A stretch of DNA of 64,000 bases, taken from Callorhinchus milii (Eukaryota). Every line of letters starts with the position of its first letter. Position 1 is the first letter of the stretch. The stretch spans positions 25,794,001-25,858,000 of the forward strand of contig NW_024704743.1 in assembly GCF_018977255.1 (NCBI RefSeq), read 5' to 3'. A program made the translations under genes and the position numbers. The notes beneath the pieces were generated by a model. The model ran no database searches. It saw nothing but the letters and a program-made list of their open reading frames with translations, and was not told where the DNA came from. Positions 48,610 through 60,875 of the stretch are shown here, one piece after another.

Positions 48610-49385
48610 CAGTAGAACCTCACTAATCTGGTCACTCAAGTGACTGGGCAAAAGTGACCTACTTAGTGATGTGATCTGATTACTGAAATAGGTCGGATGA
48701 ATCAGGTCACTGATGTAACGGCATTGGTAATGGAGAAGGGTGATGAACATTCAACAACCATACTTTGCAATCCCATTAAAATAAAGGCATTGTTCCATTT
48801 AAAACAAAAGCTGTCATGTATTCAGCCTTCCTTTTGAGAATGCATTCAACTTGTATTCTGCCAATGCCATAGATCACAGCTAAATATCTATGACTTTTGC
48901 CCTTACTGTTTTTGATCAAGTCCACTCTCTCATGTAAGGACAACTCCTTCCGTGGTGGCATGTTTACAGCGCTTATCAAGAATTGGCCGCAGGCGCTCAG
49001 GTTAGGCCGTGGGCGCTGGGCCAAGTCCATATCTCGCTCACGCCACTTCCACGATCCCAACAGTCCCCGTGTCGAGCATGAGAAACCAGAGCCCACTCCA
49101 CCCACAGGAGCAGCGACGAGCAAACAGCATGAGAACCCCGAGGCCTAGCACACTGTGTGCAGGTTAGTAGTGGAGGGGTGGGTGTTTGTACCACGTTTGA
49201 AGCGGAGGAGGGCACTGTAGTGGCCCCAATCAATGACCGTTGTTCTGTATAGTGAGGTGCCCGGTTCACTGAAGCCGACAAGACAGACTATCTTTTAGTA
49301 CAGACCATAAAACAGACTGTGAAAATGTGCCCACAATTGTAAGGTGGCTAGAATACCGAGGTGACCGCAAACCGGGTTTCTACTG
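48610..49385 (-). mobile_element. pogo/Tigger-type DNA transposon deletion derivative (776 bp) with TA target-site duplication
   Basis: TA|CAGTAGAACCTCA... at 48608-48622 and ...GGGTTTCTACTG|TA at 49374-49387. Internal minus-strand ORF encodes a CENP-B-type HTH (RKELSLHERVDLIK...KSHRYLAVIYGIGRIQVECILKRK). Confidence 0.85.
48776..48961 (-). pseudogene. Truncated pogo/Tigger transposase: N-terminal CENP-B/psq-type helix-turn-helix only (61 aa from MPPRKELSL)
   Basis: RKxLSLxE(R/K)xxLI and SxRxLAxxYGIGxxQVxxILKxK pattern; no DDE domain follows. Confidence 0.75.
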
Positions 49386-50896
49386 TACATCAAAAAACAG
49401 TTAGTATCTCTTTATGTGTCTCAGCAGCTGATTCAACTCCCACTTCAGAAGGCCACTTGTGAGAGCACCAATGTCACACTCTCTCATTCCCTACACAAGC
49501 CACCGGGAGTGAAATTCTTAATTTAGCACCAATTGATGCCTAATTGTGGGCAGTATTTTACTGTTAAGTTATGCTGACTTGGACTCAAGCTAACAGTGCC
49601 CATACTCATTTCCTGTTGAACTCCTACAAGTAGTACAAAGTTCACTTTTATTCCTTTCTTTTTGCTGTCCTGAAATAAAGAAAAAAAATCCCATGGAAAA
49701 AGTGGCCTTTTCTGGGGCATCTCTCTTACCACATTTGAAGTAATTTCCTTTATTTTTGTTCCTGCTCATTTTTAAAATGTTGATCTGAAACACCTTCCTC
49801 TTATTTATAGTTTAACATTAGAATATACTGGCTTGCGTATAAAAAAGACAGGTATTCAAGTTCTCTCTCACTAGTAGGATAAAGTTCATTTCTCCTCCAC
49901 TCACTCAGAATACAGCGCAACCACCTTAAGAGTAAGAATATGCACTGGCTGCAAATGCTTTCATTTGGAGGAGTGTCAAATGATGAATGAAGTGTATATA
50001 AAAAAACGGACATGATTAAATAACGAGTATTTGAGCGCAAATACAGAAACAAAAACTGGGCACAAAATCTCCTATGTTGAAGTACTGTACTTTCCTGCAA
50101 TTGTTTGCAGATGCCATATTCAACTTCTGTGAACCACATCTGGCACTAATCCACTAACATTGTATGAAAAACAGCTCTGGTAATGTAATAAAGGCACAAT
50201 AGCCCCACGCTCAGCATATGAATGGAATTTAATATCAAGGTGATCTGCCAGCCAGGGCAGTCTGGAAACACTATTGAAGGCTTTGAAGCTTAAGTCTCCA
50301 TTTCAACAGCTAAAACAGTTTCAGATGTGACAATCTGAATAATACCTACATATGTGGAGCTGAGGTACACAGAGGGTACATTACAACAATACTGAAAGAT
50401 GGTTTGCAGCCTATGGGGCCCCTTTAATGCTATTCACCATCTCCACTTTCATCCATTAAAAAGAAAGTTTGGGAAAACTTAGTTCTACACAACAAAAAAG
50501 AGTTTCAAAAACTTCCAACAATTGCTTTCAGTTATTGGCATAACAACAGTTTGTTCTTTAGGGCAGTAGAAAATAACAGCAAAACACTGACAGTAGAATT
50601 CAAACTGCTGAAGAGAGACTTTATATAATATAAAATAATATTTTCAATTGTTTTACTTTTTAAAAAAAACATTCGTAACAATATAAAAGGCTATGGGGAA
50701 AGGGCAGGCAATTGGGATTAGATTGGAACAGATAGCTCCCTTGGAGGAGCCGGCCCAAAGTTTCAGCTTGAAAAGCTGGACAAGAGGCAGACAAGACCGC
50801 AAGGAATTTCATACTTGGAAAGTAGGATTAAAAAGGATCAGTTACTCCAAATTAAAACCAAACAGCAATAAATAACAATCAGTGATCCCTGTATAG

Positions 50897-52176
50897 TTGG
50901 AGAGGAAAAAGTTTTTCACACTAAATGTAACTTAATTAGAATTCTTTCAACAGTAAGAAATCATCCTCAAACACAATCCTTTGGCTTACTATTAGAGTCA
51001 CTTAAAGAGCAGTATTCTAGGATTCTGTTTAAAAAAAAAGCTTTTGTAAGAAAAAAACACACACCTACTTGCAGTAAGGAACTGCAACCTCAACTGGAAG
51101 CTTCAAATATGTTACTGTTCCAATGGAAGGAATAGCTTAAATGGGTCAAAATGTCTTTTTTCACTTGTGTCTCTCTTGTGCAAGTAATTCTCTATCTGAC
51201 TCCCACTGAATCAACCAAAATTAGCAAGTGTGTAACAACACTAGTCGTTCACCTGACGTGAAAGGTGCTACATCAGATGTAAACATTATTCATTGCAGAG
51301 AAATAAGTGCCAAAAAAATAATCCCAGTACCACTGACCTACCCCAGTGATAGCACTCATCCATTAGCTCTGGAATTGGACAGGAAAATGAAGTCTACCCC
51401 TGATCTTAACCAAATGAGTGTTACCCAACCATCTTTTTTCGCGTTATTCCCTGAAAAATCATGCTCCTGATCACAGCATCTACAGTAAGGTCTTCTGGCA
51501 GCAGTAGACTGGTGGGAGTCAAGAATGTCCTCAAAGAGAATACTGCACCCTCTAGAGAATGCCATTTAAAGAGTATATACTGAATGACTCCAGCTGACTA
51601 GTTTCCTATAACAAGGTACTACAGTTGGCGCCGAGCCAAAATGTTAAAATTTATATGAATTTAATCTTGCAAAAGAGAGACCCATGTTCCTTAAAGGATG
51701 AAAGGCAAAATAGAGGTTTCCCCAAGTTTTACTGGAGCCAGACACAGATAGGAAAAGCCCTGAAGTCTGAGGGCAATCTTGCAGTATTGCGAACAACTAG
51801 TTGGCTTGGCTGGTTGTATGTAGCGGTTCCTATGACTCAAGCACCAGGATATTTTTTTTACCAAGTCTTCAGTACACTGGTCACATGTTATATATTATAA
51901 AAATAGAAAATATATACACATAAGCCATCAATCTCACACTGGTTGCTCTTGAGCTTTTAGTTGGCCCTCAGCTTGGCACAGAGAGAAAGATTTATCTAAA
52001 ACGTTCCCGTTCAGTGATAAAATGCTGATTTGTCACAGCAGATCCAATTGAAGAGGAATAGGTTTTCACACTAGACGTAACTATTAATCAAAGTCCTTTC
52101 AACGGCAGGAAATCATCCTCAAACACAATCCTTTGTATCTTACTATCAGAGTCACTCGAGAGAGCAATTACTCTGG
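50897..52176 (+). repeat. Direct duplication of about 125 bp (50897-51020 and 52048-52176)
   Basis: Identical 27-bp core gaaatcatcctcaaacacaatcctttg; flanks alignable by eye at roughly 80%. Confidence 0.85.
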
Positions 52177-52964
52177 AGAAAATAGCTCTCAAGCAGGACA
52201 TGGTGGTTTGTGCTGTGGTTACCTCTGGGGGAGGGGCAGTGGGTAAATAACAATTTAAAATCAAACTCAGATGAAATTTCGTTCTTGGAAGTGACTGAAG
52301 GGAGAAATTAAAGTACTTCTATACAGAATAATGGATACCAGTGAGTGATTGCACAAAAGTAATCTAATTTGAGGAGGGGTGGGGGAGGGAGTTCGTATGT
52401 AGACAATAATGGATACCTGCTGTCTTCTGATAGCTCCCCATCTAACTGAGGTTTTAGAACGAGTGATACAGAGAATAATGAATACAGTCTGCAATAAGAA
52501 GGGCCCTGAAGTAGGTGGGATCTGATGTTCGGCAGAGATTGACCTTTTCTTACAGACGGTTCTTTTAAAAAAGATGTTTGCAAACAAAAAACACCTAAAC
52601 GTGACACTGCCCATGAGACTCATCACTTCACAGCCTTGAGCAAGCACTTATAATAATAGCCTGCACGAGCTCACTTCTCTGGTGTTCTGCACACACTAAA
52701 TCATCTCATTGGAACTGGATGCTAGGCCATCAAGATATAAAGCCTAAGCGTGCGAAGTCGAAGGCAAAGTGAAGAACAATCAAATACGACTTAAACCAAG
52801 GGCAGAACTTGGGTGTCGAGCAGTTGAGCGAAAGTGGGTCAACACAAGGAACAATGGACAGAGATCTTTAAAGCCAGCTTCTACTGATTTTCACCATAAA
52901 TCTCATGATGTTTTTGGAAAACTCAGTAAAGACAAGGTAGGATCGGGCTGCAATAATTATTAAT

Positions 52965-53360
52965 AGTAATAAAATTACATTTATAGAGCAGCTTTCGTGT
53001 TGGAAGGATGTCTCAAGGCGCTGGACAATTAAGGGTTTTGCCCGAGCTGGGGTTTGGAATCAAGACGGGTGGAGGGTAGAGGAGGTGGGAGGGTGGCCAA
53101 AAGCATGATCAAAGTCTTGAGATGGGCCTTGAAGGAGGCAATGGAGGGGGCAAGGTGGAAGGATTCTGGGATGGAGTTCCAGAGGGAAGGGACAGAAAAG
53201 CCGAAGGCGGTTTGGGCAGGGGAGGGACATGAAGCAGGCCAGTGCCCGCCGAGTGAGGAAGCGGACAGGATAGTATGGTGTAATAGGTGGCAGAGGTAGG
53301 GAGGAGCAAGAACATGGGTTTCAAAGTGAGGACGAGGATTTCAACCTCAATCCAATAAGT
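52965..53360 (-). mobile_element. L2 LINE 3' fragment
   Basis: ttacatttatagagc...tctcaaggcgctggaca tail; reverse strand encodes IEVEILVLTLK, homologous to RIECKILVLTFK of the large L2. Confidence 0.8.
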
Positions 53361-53429
53361 TGGCCTCTCCGCACTTCTACTCTGGGGTGAGGAACCACGG
53401 AGTGGCCACAATTTGTGGAAGGGTATCAA

Positions 53430-53730
53430 CCGTCCTCCAGATGCGATGTTAAACCAAGGTCCCATCTACCTGTTCAGGTGGATGTTAAAGATCCCATGGT
53501 ACTATTTGAAAAGGGAAGGGAGTTTCTTCCGGTGTCTGGTCAACAATTCCCGCAAATAAAGCTGGCCATTCAAATCATGGCTATTTCCGGGACATTGCTT
53601 TGTGCAAGAAGACTGCCACGTTCACTTACAAATACACTGTCACTACACATTACATTGCAATCTAGTGAAGCAATTGAGATGTCCTCCTGACATGAAAAGC
53701 GCTAAATCAAATGCAGGATTATTGTTATTA
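53430..53730 (+). mobile_element. SINE family A, 5'-truncated
   Basis: cagatgcgatgttaaaccaaggtcccatctacctgttcaggtggatgttaaagatcccatgg...aaatgcaggattattgttatta. Confidence 0.85.
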
Positions 53731-54529
53731 TAGCATGCGCCAGTGCCTTTGGGATGCTGAGAAAAGGAACAGACACTTTCCACTCCTGTAATCTGAACAG
53801 CATTTTCAAGCAAGTTTAAAGTCTCATTTTACGCAGAGTGTTTACTTGCTTCTACAGGTTTACATACTCATGGAAAACTAACATTTTAGCAGCTGATCCA
53901 GAAGAAACTTCCTCTGCACGTTCAAGCCTAATAATTCTGTTGTTGCTGGCTAGACTCTCCTGGAGATCCTGGGAGTGGAGCCAAAACCATTTGCTGTAAG
54001 CTGGACTTTAAGTCATGGTATTCATTTCTTGCTTTGATATTTAGGAGCAAAAAAGACACAAGTCTTATGTAAAGAATTTTGAAAAATTATACACCATTAT
54101 TTTATGACACAAATTATGAAGCAAATAAAAGTAAGCTCTATACCAATGCACGGGGCCTGAAAAATATCCTAGTAATTAGAATGTCTAATAGCAGCCTTTT
54201 TTTTAAAAAAAGCATATCTTCTCCCCTTTCAATTTTTTTTTCTCATTTCCTGAGGCACTGACGATTGGTAAGAGTGCAATTCCATCATACAGTACCTTGG
54301 GCATGAGGTACCAGAAGCCTTGTGACATCTATGGAATTGTGAGCCCAGGCAATAAATAGTGGTAATCTATTTGGGTGGTGTGGGCTTGGCTTTGCTATAA
54401 GGCATTTCCATAATAGAACAATTCTCCATATACACAAATCCTGACCTTCCGCCTATTTCTTCGGATGACGATCCACAATTTATTCTCTTTTTACTGACGC
54501 ACCAATCAGTGGAAACAGTCTCGCTCCAT

Positions 54530-54872
54530 TTGATAAAGGAGAAACTATTTCCACTGGCGGGTGGTTCGGTAACCCGAGGGCACCAATTTAAAATAGTTGT
54601 TAAAAGAAACAGAGGAGAGGTGAGGAGAAATTTGTTCACACAGCGAGTTGTTCGGATCTGGAATGCATTGCCTGGAATGGTGGTGGAAGCTGATTCGATA
54701 ACAACTTTTAAGAGAGATATAGATAATTATTTAGGGAGGACAAGTTTGCAGGACTATGAGGAGAGAGCGGGAGAGTGAGATTGATTTGGACAACTCTTTT
54801 CAAAGAGCCGGCACAGACAGAATGGGCCGAATGGCCTCCCTCTGTGCTGTATTTTCCTATGATTCTATGATT
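54530..54872 (+). mobile_element. CR1 LINE 3' end, well preserved
   Basis: KEKLFPL...TRGHQFK...RRNLFTQRVVRIWNALP..VVEADSI..FKR.ID, then atgggccgaatggcct and a ctatgattctatgatt 8-mer tail. Confidence 0.92.
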
Positions 54873-54915
54873 ACCCTAAACACCATCATCTTTTTGAAAA
54901 CCTCTATTTGTATGT

Positions 54916-55230
54916 GTCAGCCTGGCTCAGATGATAGCACTCTCGCCTCTGAGCACAAAGGTAGTAAGCTCGAGACCCATGCCGGAACATGGATCCTATA
55001 TAGTCGATGCTAACACTCGAGTACAGTCCTGGGGGTCTGCTGCATATCAGAGGTGCTGTCTTTCAGATGATATTAAATAGAGGTGTCATTTGGCTGGGTG
55101 CAAGTTGGCTGCTGCATTTCCCCACACAATACAAGTCACATCACTTTACAGTGTATCCTGTGAAGCCCTTTGAGATGTCTGAACTATGTGAGAAGGCACC
55201 ATATCAAATGAAAGGATTATAATTATTATT
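54916..55230 (+). mobile_element. SINE family A with internal deletion
   Basis: cagcctggctcagatgatagcactctcgcctctgag head; tatcaaatgaaaggattataattattatt tail. Confidence 0.8.
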
Positions 55231-58200
55231 GATTCCCTTGTAAAATTCTTTGTTCCAATGAAAACAATCCCAAGTTTGTCTTTTCACAAAGTAATAACAT
55301 CTGATCCTTATGATCATCATCTGGGCTCTATCCCGTCAAAGGCTTTGATGTCGTTCAGATTATGGGCTATAGCCAAAACTGGATGCAATATTCCAACTGT
55401 AATATCAATATTACCTCCTTGCTCTTGCATTTTCCAGATAGTCTGACACAGCTAAGTTCAGAGAAGAAAAACAAAAGATATCGTTCAAAGTCTAACCCTA
55501 TCCAGCTCGCTGAAAGATGCCCGCTCCCCTGCTGATCACTGGTTCCACGACCACAGTGAATGGGTTGGTTTGTGAGCTCAGGCTTCTAGACTATTACAAT
55601 ACTACACATTTACACTGATATAGCACCTTACGCATTGGGAGGACATCCCAAAGAGCTGACAGTTTGACTAGCCAGTTTGAGGATAGTGCCCAAGAGCAGA
55701 ATGACTGAAATGTACTCTGAAGTGGCGATAATAATAATCCTTACATTTGGTATGGCACTTTATCACATCGTTGAGACATCTCAAAGCACTTCACAGGATA
55801 TACTGTAACGTGGATTGACTGTATATTTTGTGGGTGATCTATTGGAAGTCAAGCAAATTTGAGGTGGTGGCACTTTCCACTCCACTGTGTTAGTAATTAC
55901 GTGGTTACAAACAGAATTACTAATAATAAGACTAAAATACCAATATCAGAAGGAATTTTAAAAGAAAATAGCAACCAGCAGAGTATGGTTGGACACTCTA
56001 AATAGCATGTCTATTCATGAAGAAATGTAGCAAGATGTTTTCAGACACCAGCTAAAGTCAGTGTTTTAAGTACTATAAACCTTCTGATTATACTCTGTGT
56101 TTAGTGGCTCTAGCTCAAAGCTCCGGATTAAGGTAGAATCCCATTCAAACTCTGTTGCTTCCCAGTTGTTGTTTAAATGTCATCAGTTCTTGGTCAAGCA
56201 GCTACTAGTTAATGGGTCCCCAGTATGGAAGTTTTTGGTCCCATCAATTACACCTCCTGTCTCTCTATCACGCAGTAATGGGGGTGGGGGGGGGGGGGTG
56301 GGGGGGGGTGGGCGACTTGGATTAGTAGTCCAGGCTGCTTTTGCTCTCCTTGACTGAAGGCAGCAAGTGGCTTTCAAACGAGCGAGCGGTAGAGTGATAA
56401 AGGAGAATGAGAAGAAAGACAATGAAAATGTAGGATGGGGCAAAGCCAACTCAAAACCTAGGACTGGAATATTTAGAAAACCAAATTAATTGCGTTAATT
56501 GAGATTTCTAATTTGCAAATCAGATTAGAAATTTGCACCTGACAAATTGCAAAACTCAGGCCACTAGAGTAAAAAAAAGGCCAGTAAAAAGAATCCATCT
56601 GTTTTCACACTGTCATAGTTGAGAGATTCTGCTATCTTGAGATTTTATTGTTTCGGGAATCTCATGATCCGATACTTACAAATCTGAACTCTCAAATAAA
56701 TCTGGTTTGCAAACTTTGCAAAGATTCTATTGGGGAAACAACGCTATTTATAAATCAGTCCATTTATACATATAAATATAAAATCTGGATCACATTGATA
56801 TCTAAGGGAAAGGTATACACAATGTACCATGCACAGTCTCAAATATACCATTTCCTCTCATTACCTTTGGAAATCACAATATATAAAAAGTTTCATTATC
56901 TAATCAGTTCAGCCAGGCATCAAAAGATTGGGATGAGTGAAGATCAAATAACATCCATTACATCACTGTCGCCATGTGAGCACTGACAACTGCCACATCA
57001 AAGCCTGAGAAAATTCCCTGCTGGAAATCAAATGCACCAGCCTCTTCCTCTGCAGGCAGCTGGGTTAGAAACAAAATAAGGGACTGCTGCTCACAGCCAT
57101 GTTTACATGAACTCAGTCAATGAAGTGTGAATGGGAATGGAAACCCAAATGTCACCCTCTTCCGAGACAACCTTCAACCTTGTTACCCTGCATACGCACA
57201 AGAACATTCCCTTCGACAGGGATGAAAAAAAACAACCCTCCCATTGAAATCCAGATTAAATCAGTTAATTCTGGATCAAATCCAAACCTCGGCTGTGGAG
57301 CGGGGCTCACAAAATCCCCTGTGAAGTGGTGATAGAGGTGGTTTGGGAAAATGTTCAAGAAGTAGTCAAAATGTCCATTAAAAACTTCAGACACACAAAT
57401 GTCATTTTTCACGGAAACAGACCCTGATTTTCAAAAATGTTATTCCACTTTTATTTCTCGAAACAGGTTTGCCCTTCTTGGCTGCTTGCAGACTTATTTT
57501 TGTAACCAGTCACTTTACAATTGTGTAGAATTCAATAACTTCAGGATCCCGCAAACAAAGGCCTGAACTTCTGATAAGACTATGCTTAACTTGTTATCGC
57601 AGCTCAACATTTGTGAGCATATAAATGTAGTGCATTACATTACATACTGGACTTCAGTAGCACACGTATAATAATACCTCCAATATATTTGTGGGTTACA
57701 TATAGTTGGCTCTGTTCTATGTATTAAGGTACAGGATAATCAGGAAACATTTTCAAACAACGATGAGAGGAATTAAGAAAGTTTGTTCACAGAATTTGTG
57801 AATTAGGCTTGTGAACATGACTCGCTAGATTTAATCTTGAATGATGGGGGTTTGTAAGCACCACCAGTTTTAGCAGCCTTCCATAAATATAAATCGGTGA
57901 TGTAGATTAGACAAAGCAACGTGAATACTCTTATAATTGCCGGAATATTTCTCACAATCGTCAATGCCAATGCTGGCTAACAGTTCAATCAGACAACAGT
58001 AGACTGACAATGTGGAAAGTTTTGAGCAGATGTTTTAGATTCCTTCCCTTTTCGCTCCTGAAGATGTTATGCATGATGATTCACAGTTCCGCAGGTGCCA
58101 ACCGCCATCAGACACCCCAGCCAAGTGGCCATTCTTCATGGGTAGGCACAGATGGAGAGTTTCAGCAGGTCATTTGATCTTGAGGAAATAGGGGGTGGGG

Positions 58201-58802
58201 GGGGGGGGGGGGCAGCAAGGGTCAGCTAATTCAGCACAGACCAGGAAACTACTAGGTTAGTATGGTTCAGTTTGTCTCTAGGCAGTGGCTTTCTCACAGG
58301 GCCATCCGAGCAGTTCTTTTCAGTAACCATCAGGAAAAGAAACAAAAGCATTGTAGTACTTCTATGCTTGATTAGTTGAATGACTCGTAGTGAACTCCAA
58401 AATCTGCAGGCTCCATTAAAGTCAACTCCAAAGAAAGCAATGAATTGCTTGGAAGTTGGTCAGTAATTTCACTGCAATATAATCTTTTGCGTCCACAATA
58501 ATTCCACCACATCATTAGTTGCAGATTGTTGTGAAAGGCAGATTGCTTAATACTGTGTGATGCTGAACTTCATGAACACTCCACATATTCAGAGATATCT
58601 TCAACTCTGCATGAAGCTCTCAGAATAAGAAGGTATCCAAAATTAACTTCTAAGCCAAGTGTGGATCTCACCTGCACTACCAAGTTTTGTTGTCCTCTTA
58701 GAATTTCCCTTAGGCACCGCAACTAATAATGCTGTGGAATGATCTTGGACACAAAAGTAGTAACTAGCACTTCATCGGATGCAAATTATTGAAACTATAA
58801 AG

Positions 58803-59224
58803 ATAATAACACTTACATTTGGTGTACTACCTTTTACGTCAGGAGGACATCTCAAAACGCTTCACAGGATAAACTGTAATGTGTAGTAACTGTGTGTTTT
58901 GTGGGCAAATGCAGCATCCAATTTACACACAACAACGTCCCACAAAAGCCATAAATTGAATGATCAATTTTATTTGGGGTATTGTTGGCCAGGACACTGG
59001 GAGAAACTTTCTTCTATTTGAGTAGTGCCATGGGACCTTTAACCTGAACAGGCAAATGAGACGACGGTTATACATCTTATGAGAAGGACCACACCTCTGA
59101 CAATGCAGCACTGCCCCAGGACTTCACTGGAGTATCAGCTTACACTATGTGAACTCCAAAAATCAGTATGTGGCTTGAACCCACAACCTTCTGCCTAAGT
59201 GTGCTACCAACTGAGTCAGGCTGA
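58803..59224 (-). mobile_element. SINE family A, full length
   Basis: Head TCAGCCTGACTCAGTTGGTAGCAC...GGGTTCAAGCC, Deu-like body and L2-like tail. Confidence 0.88.
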
Positions 59225-59249
59225 CACACCAATACATGGTATTAATATA

Positions 59250-59505
59250 CAACAAAAAAATTACATTTGTAAAGCACCTTTCACATTGGGAGGCTCTGGA
59301 CAATCAGTGTTTCGGACCCGAGCTGGGGGTCGGGGTTGGGGAGGTTGGAGGGCAGGGAGGAAGGAGGATAATCGAAAGCACGGTTAAAAAGGAGGGTCTT
59401 GAGATGGGTCTTGAAGGAGGTAAGGGATGGGGCGAGGTGGAGGGACTGCGGGATGGAGTTCCAGGGGGTGGGGTCAGAGTGGCTGAAGGCCCATCCACCA
59501 ATGGT
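59250..59505 (-). mobile_element. L2 LINE 3' fragment
   Basis: Homologous to 17500-17774 (ggtcttgagatgggtcttgaaggagg...ggatggagttccag...gctgaaggccc). Confidence 0.8.
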
Positions 59506-60539
59506 GGGTGGGTAGTGGGGTGTGTGTGCATGTCACAGTTTAATTGTGTACCAGTCATTAGTCTGAAGAATTATAACATTCAAATACATTTCCCATGCTC
59601 ATTGTATGGCAGAATTATGACAAGTAAGGTTGCCAAAGAGCATCTTGGAAATTCAAAGAAAGAAACTTCAAGAGCATGGGTGTTTGACAAGTGAGTGTGT
59701 TGTCATCTGTCACATAGCTTTTGCAGCCATGCGATGAGCAAAGATAAACTGCGTAAAACCTGTTATAAGATTGCTCCAGCTGCAAATGCCTCCAAGCCAC
59801 AGAAGGCAAGCAAATTACAATGTATTTGGGGATTGATAAACTACCAGCCATAAATCTGTACTGCATCTATTCAACTGGTTGTCATTGTATTCGACTGAAA
59901 AATGTGAATTCAGCTTTCAAAATTAAAGAATTTACCTTATCAGATCATGTAGTCAACACACACAATTCAAAATTACCACAAATTATCATATGAAGGTATT
60001 TGATTGCGAGTTATCCCAAGTCATGAAAGATACGACTGAATGGCCAATTGAATTTGCATCCAAATGTTAGAGCGCTAATATTTCTTCAAAACTACCTGCA
60101 AACACAGAAAGAAATATTGGGCACTGTGTGGAGTCTTTCCATGCCAACCCTTATGGTCACAAGTTCACCCATCGCTGATGAAACATTCTGCTTTGAAACG
60201 TTAGCCCCAATGTGAAAAGAGCTATAGAAATTATTATTGCTGTCACAATTTTTCATCCCAACAAAAGAAACCCTAGGACACCACGATACCTTGTTTTAGT
60301 GGTAGATATCTTTAATCTTGTATGAGAAACTATGATGTACACAAGCATGACAACTTCTGATGTGCAACTCCAGGAAAAAAATGAAACCAGCTATTGAAAC
60401 TGGAGATGTAGGTCCTCTATCATAGTTTGATCATGTACCAGTGACCAGTGGTCATACATTTTTCTGAGATCATACACTTTTCTATCCAAACAAATACATG
60501 CTGGAAGGCTATTGTCAGCTCCCCAGCTTCTAAAATAGA

Positions 60540-60875
60540 TCCGGCAGAGGAGATCTTATAGAGAATATGCAAGATCCTTAATAGATAGAAAAGAATGAAA
60601 CCAGAACTCAGTTTTCAGAGACACCAAGGGTGACAAAAAAATATAGGTTCACAGTTATGAAGGGCAATTTGAGGACAAACATTATTTGTCTGTATTTATA
60701 TTGAGTGTAATCAACAGCTGAAAAGGTTTCCCAGGAAAGATGGTTGAGGCCAGGCCACTGGACTCAATAAAATAAACAGTCTGATGTTTTAATAAGGTTA
60801 TGATTGGGTCATGCATTCTGAAAAGATGAGATCAAATAGGCTGAACAGCTTACTTCATCTGAACCTCTGTATTTT
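60540..60875 (+). mobile_element. CR1 LINE 3' fragment, degenerate
   Basis: agaggagatcttatagag (RGDLIE)...kgnlrt...gagtgtaatcaacagctg...gatgagatcaaataggctgaa. Confidence 0.65.

Noticed and set aside
52085..52120. SECIS-like ATGA...AAA...GA on the minus strand
   Set aside because: Helix pairing is poor, the site is intronic, and NKD2 here has no in-frame UGA.
60175..60205. CTGATGA...GAAAC hammerhead-like motif
   Set aside because: No convincing stem II or flanking stems; at most a decayed repeat remnant.
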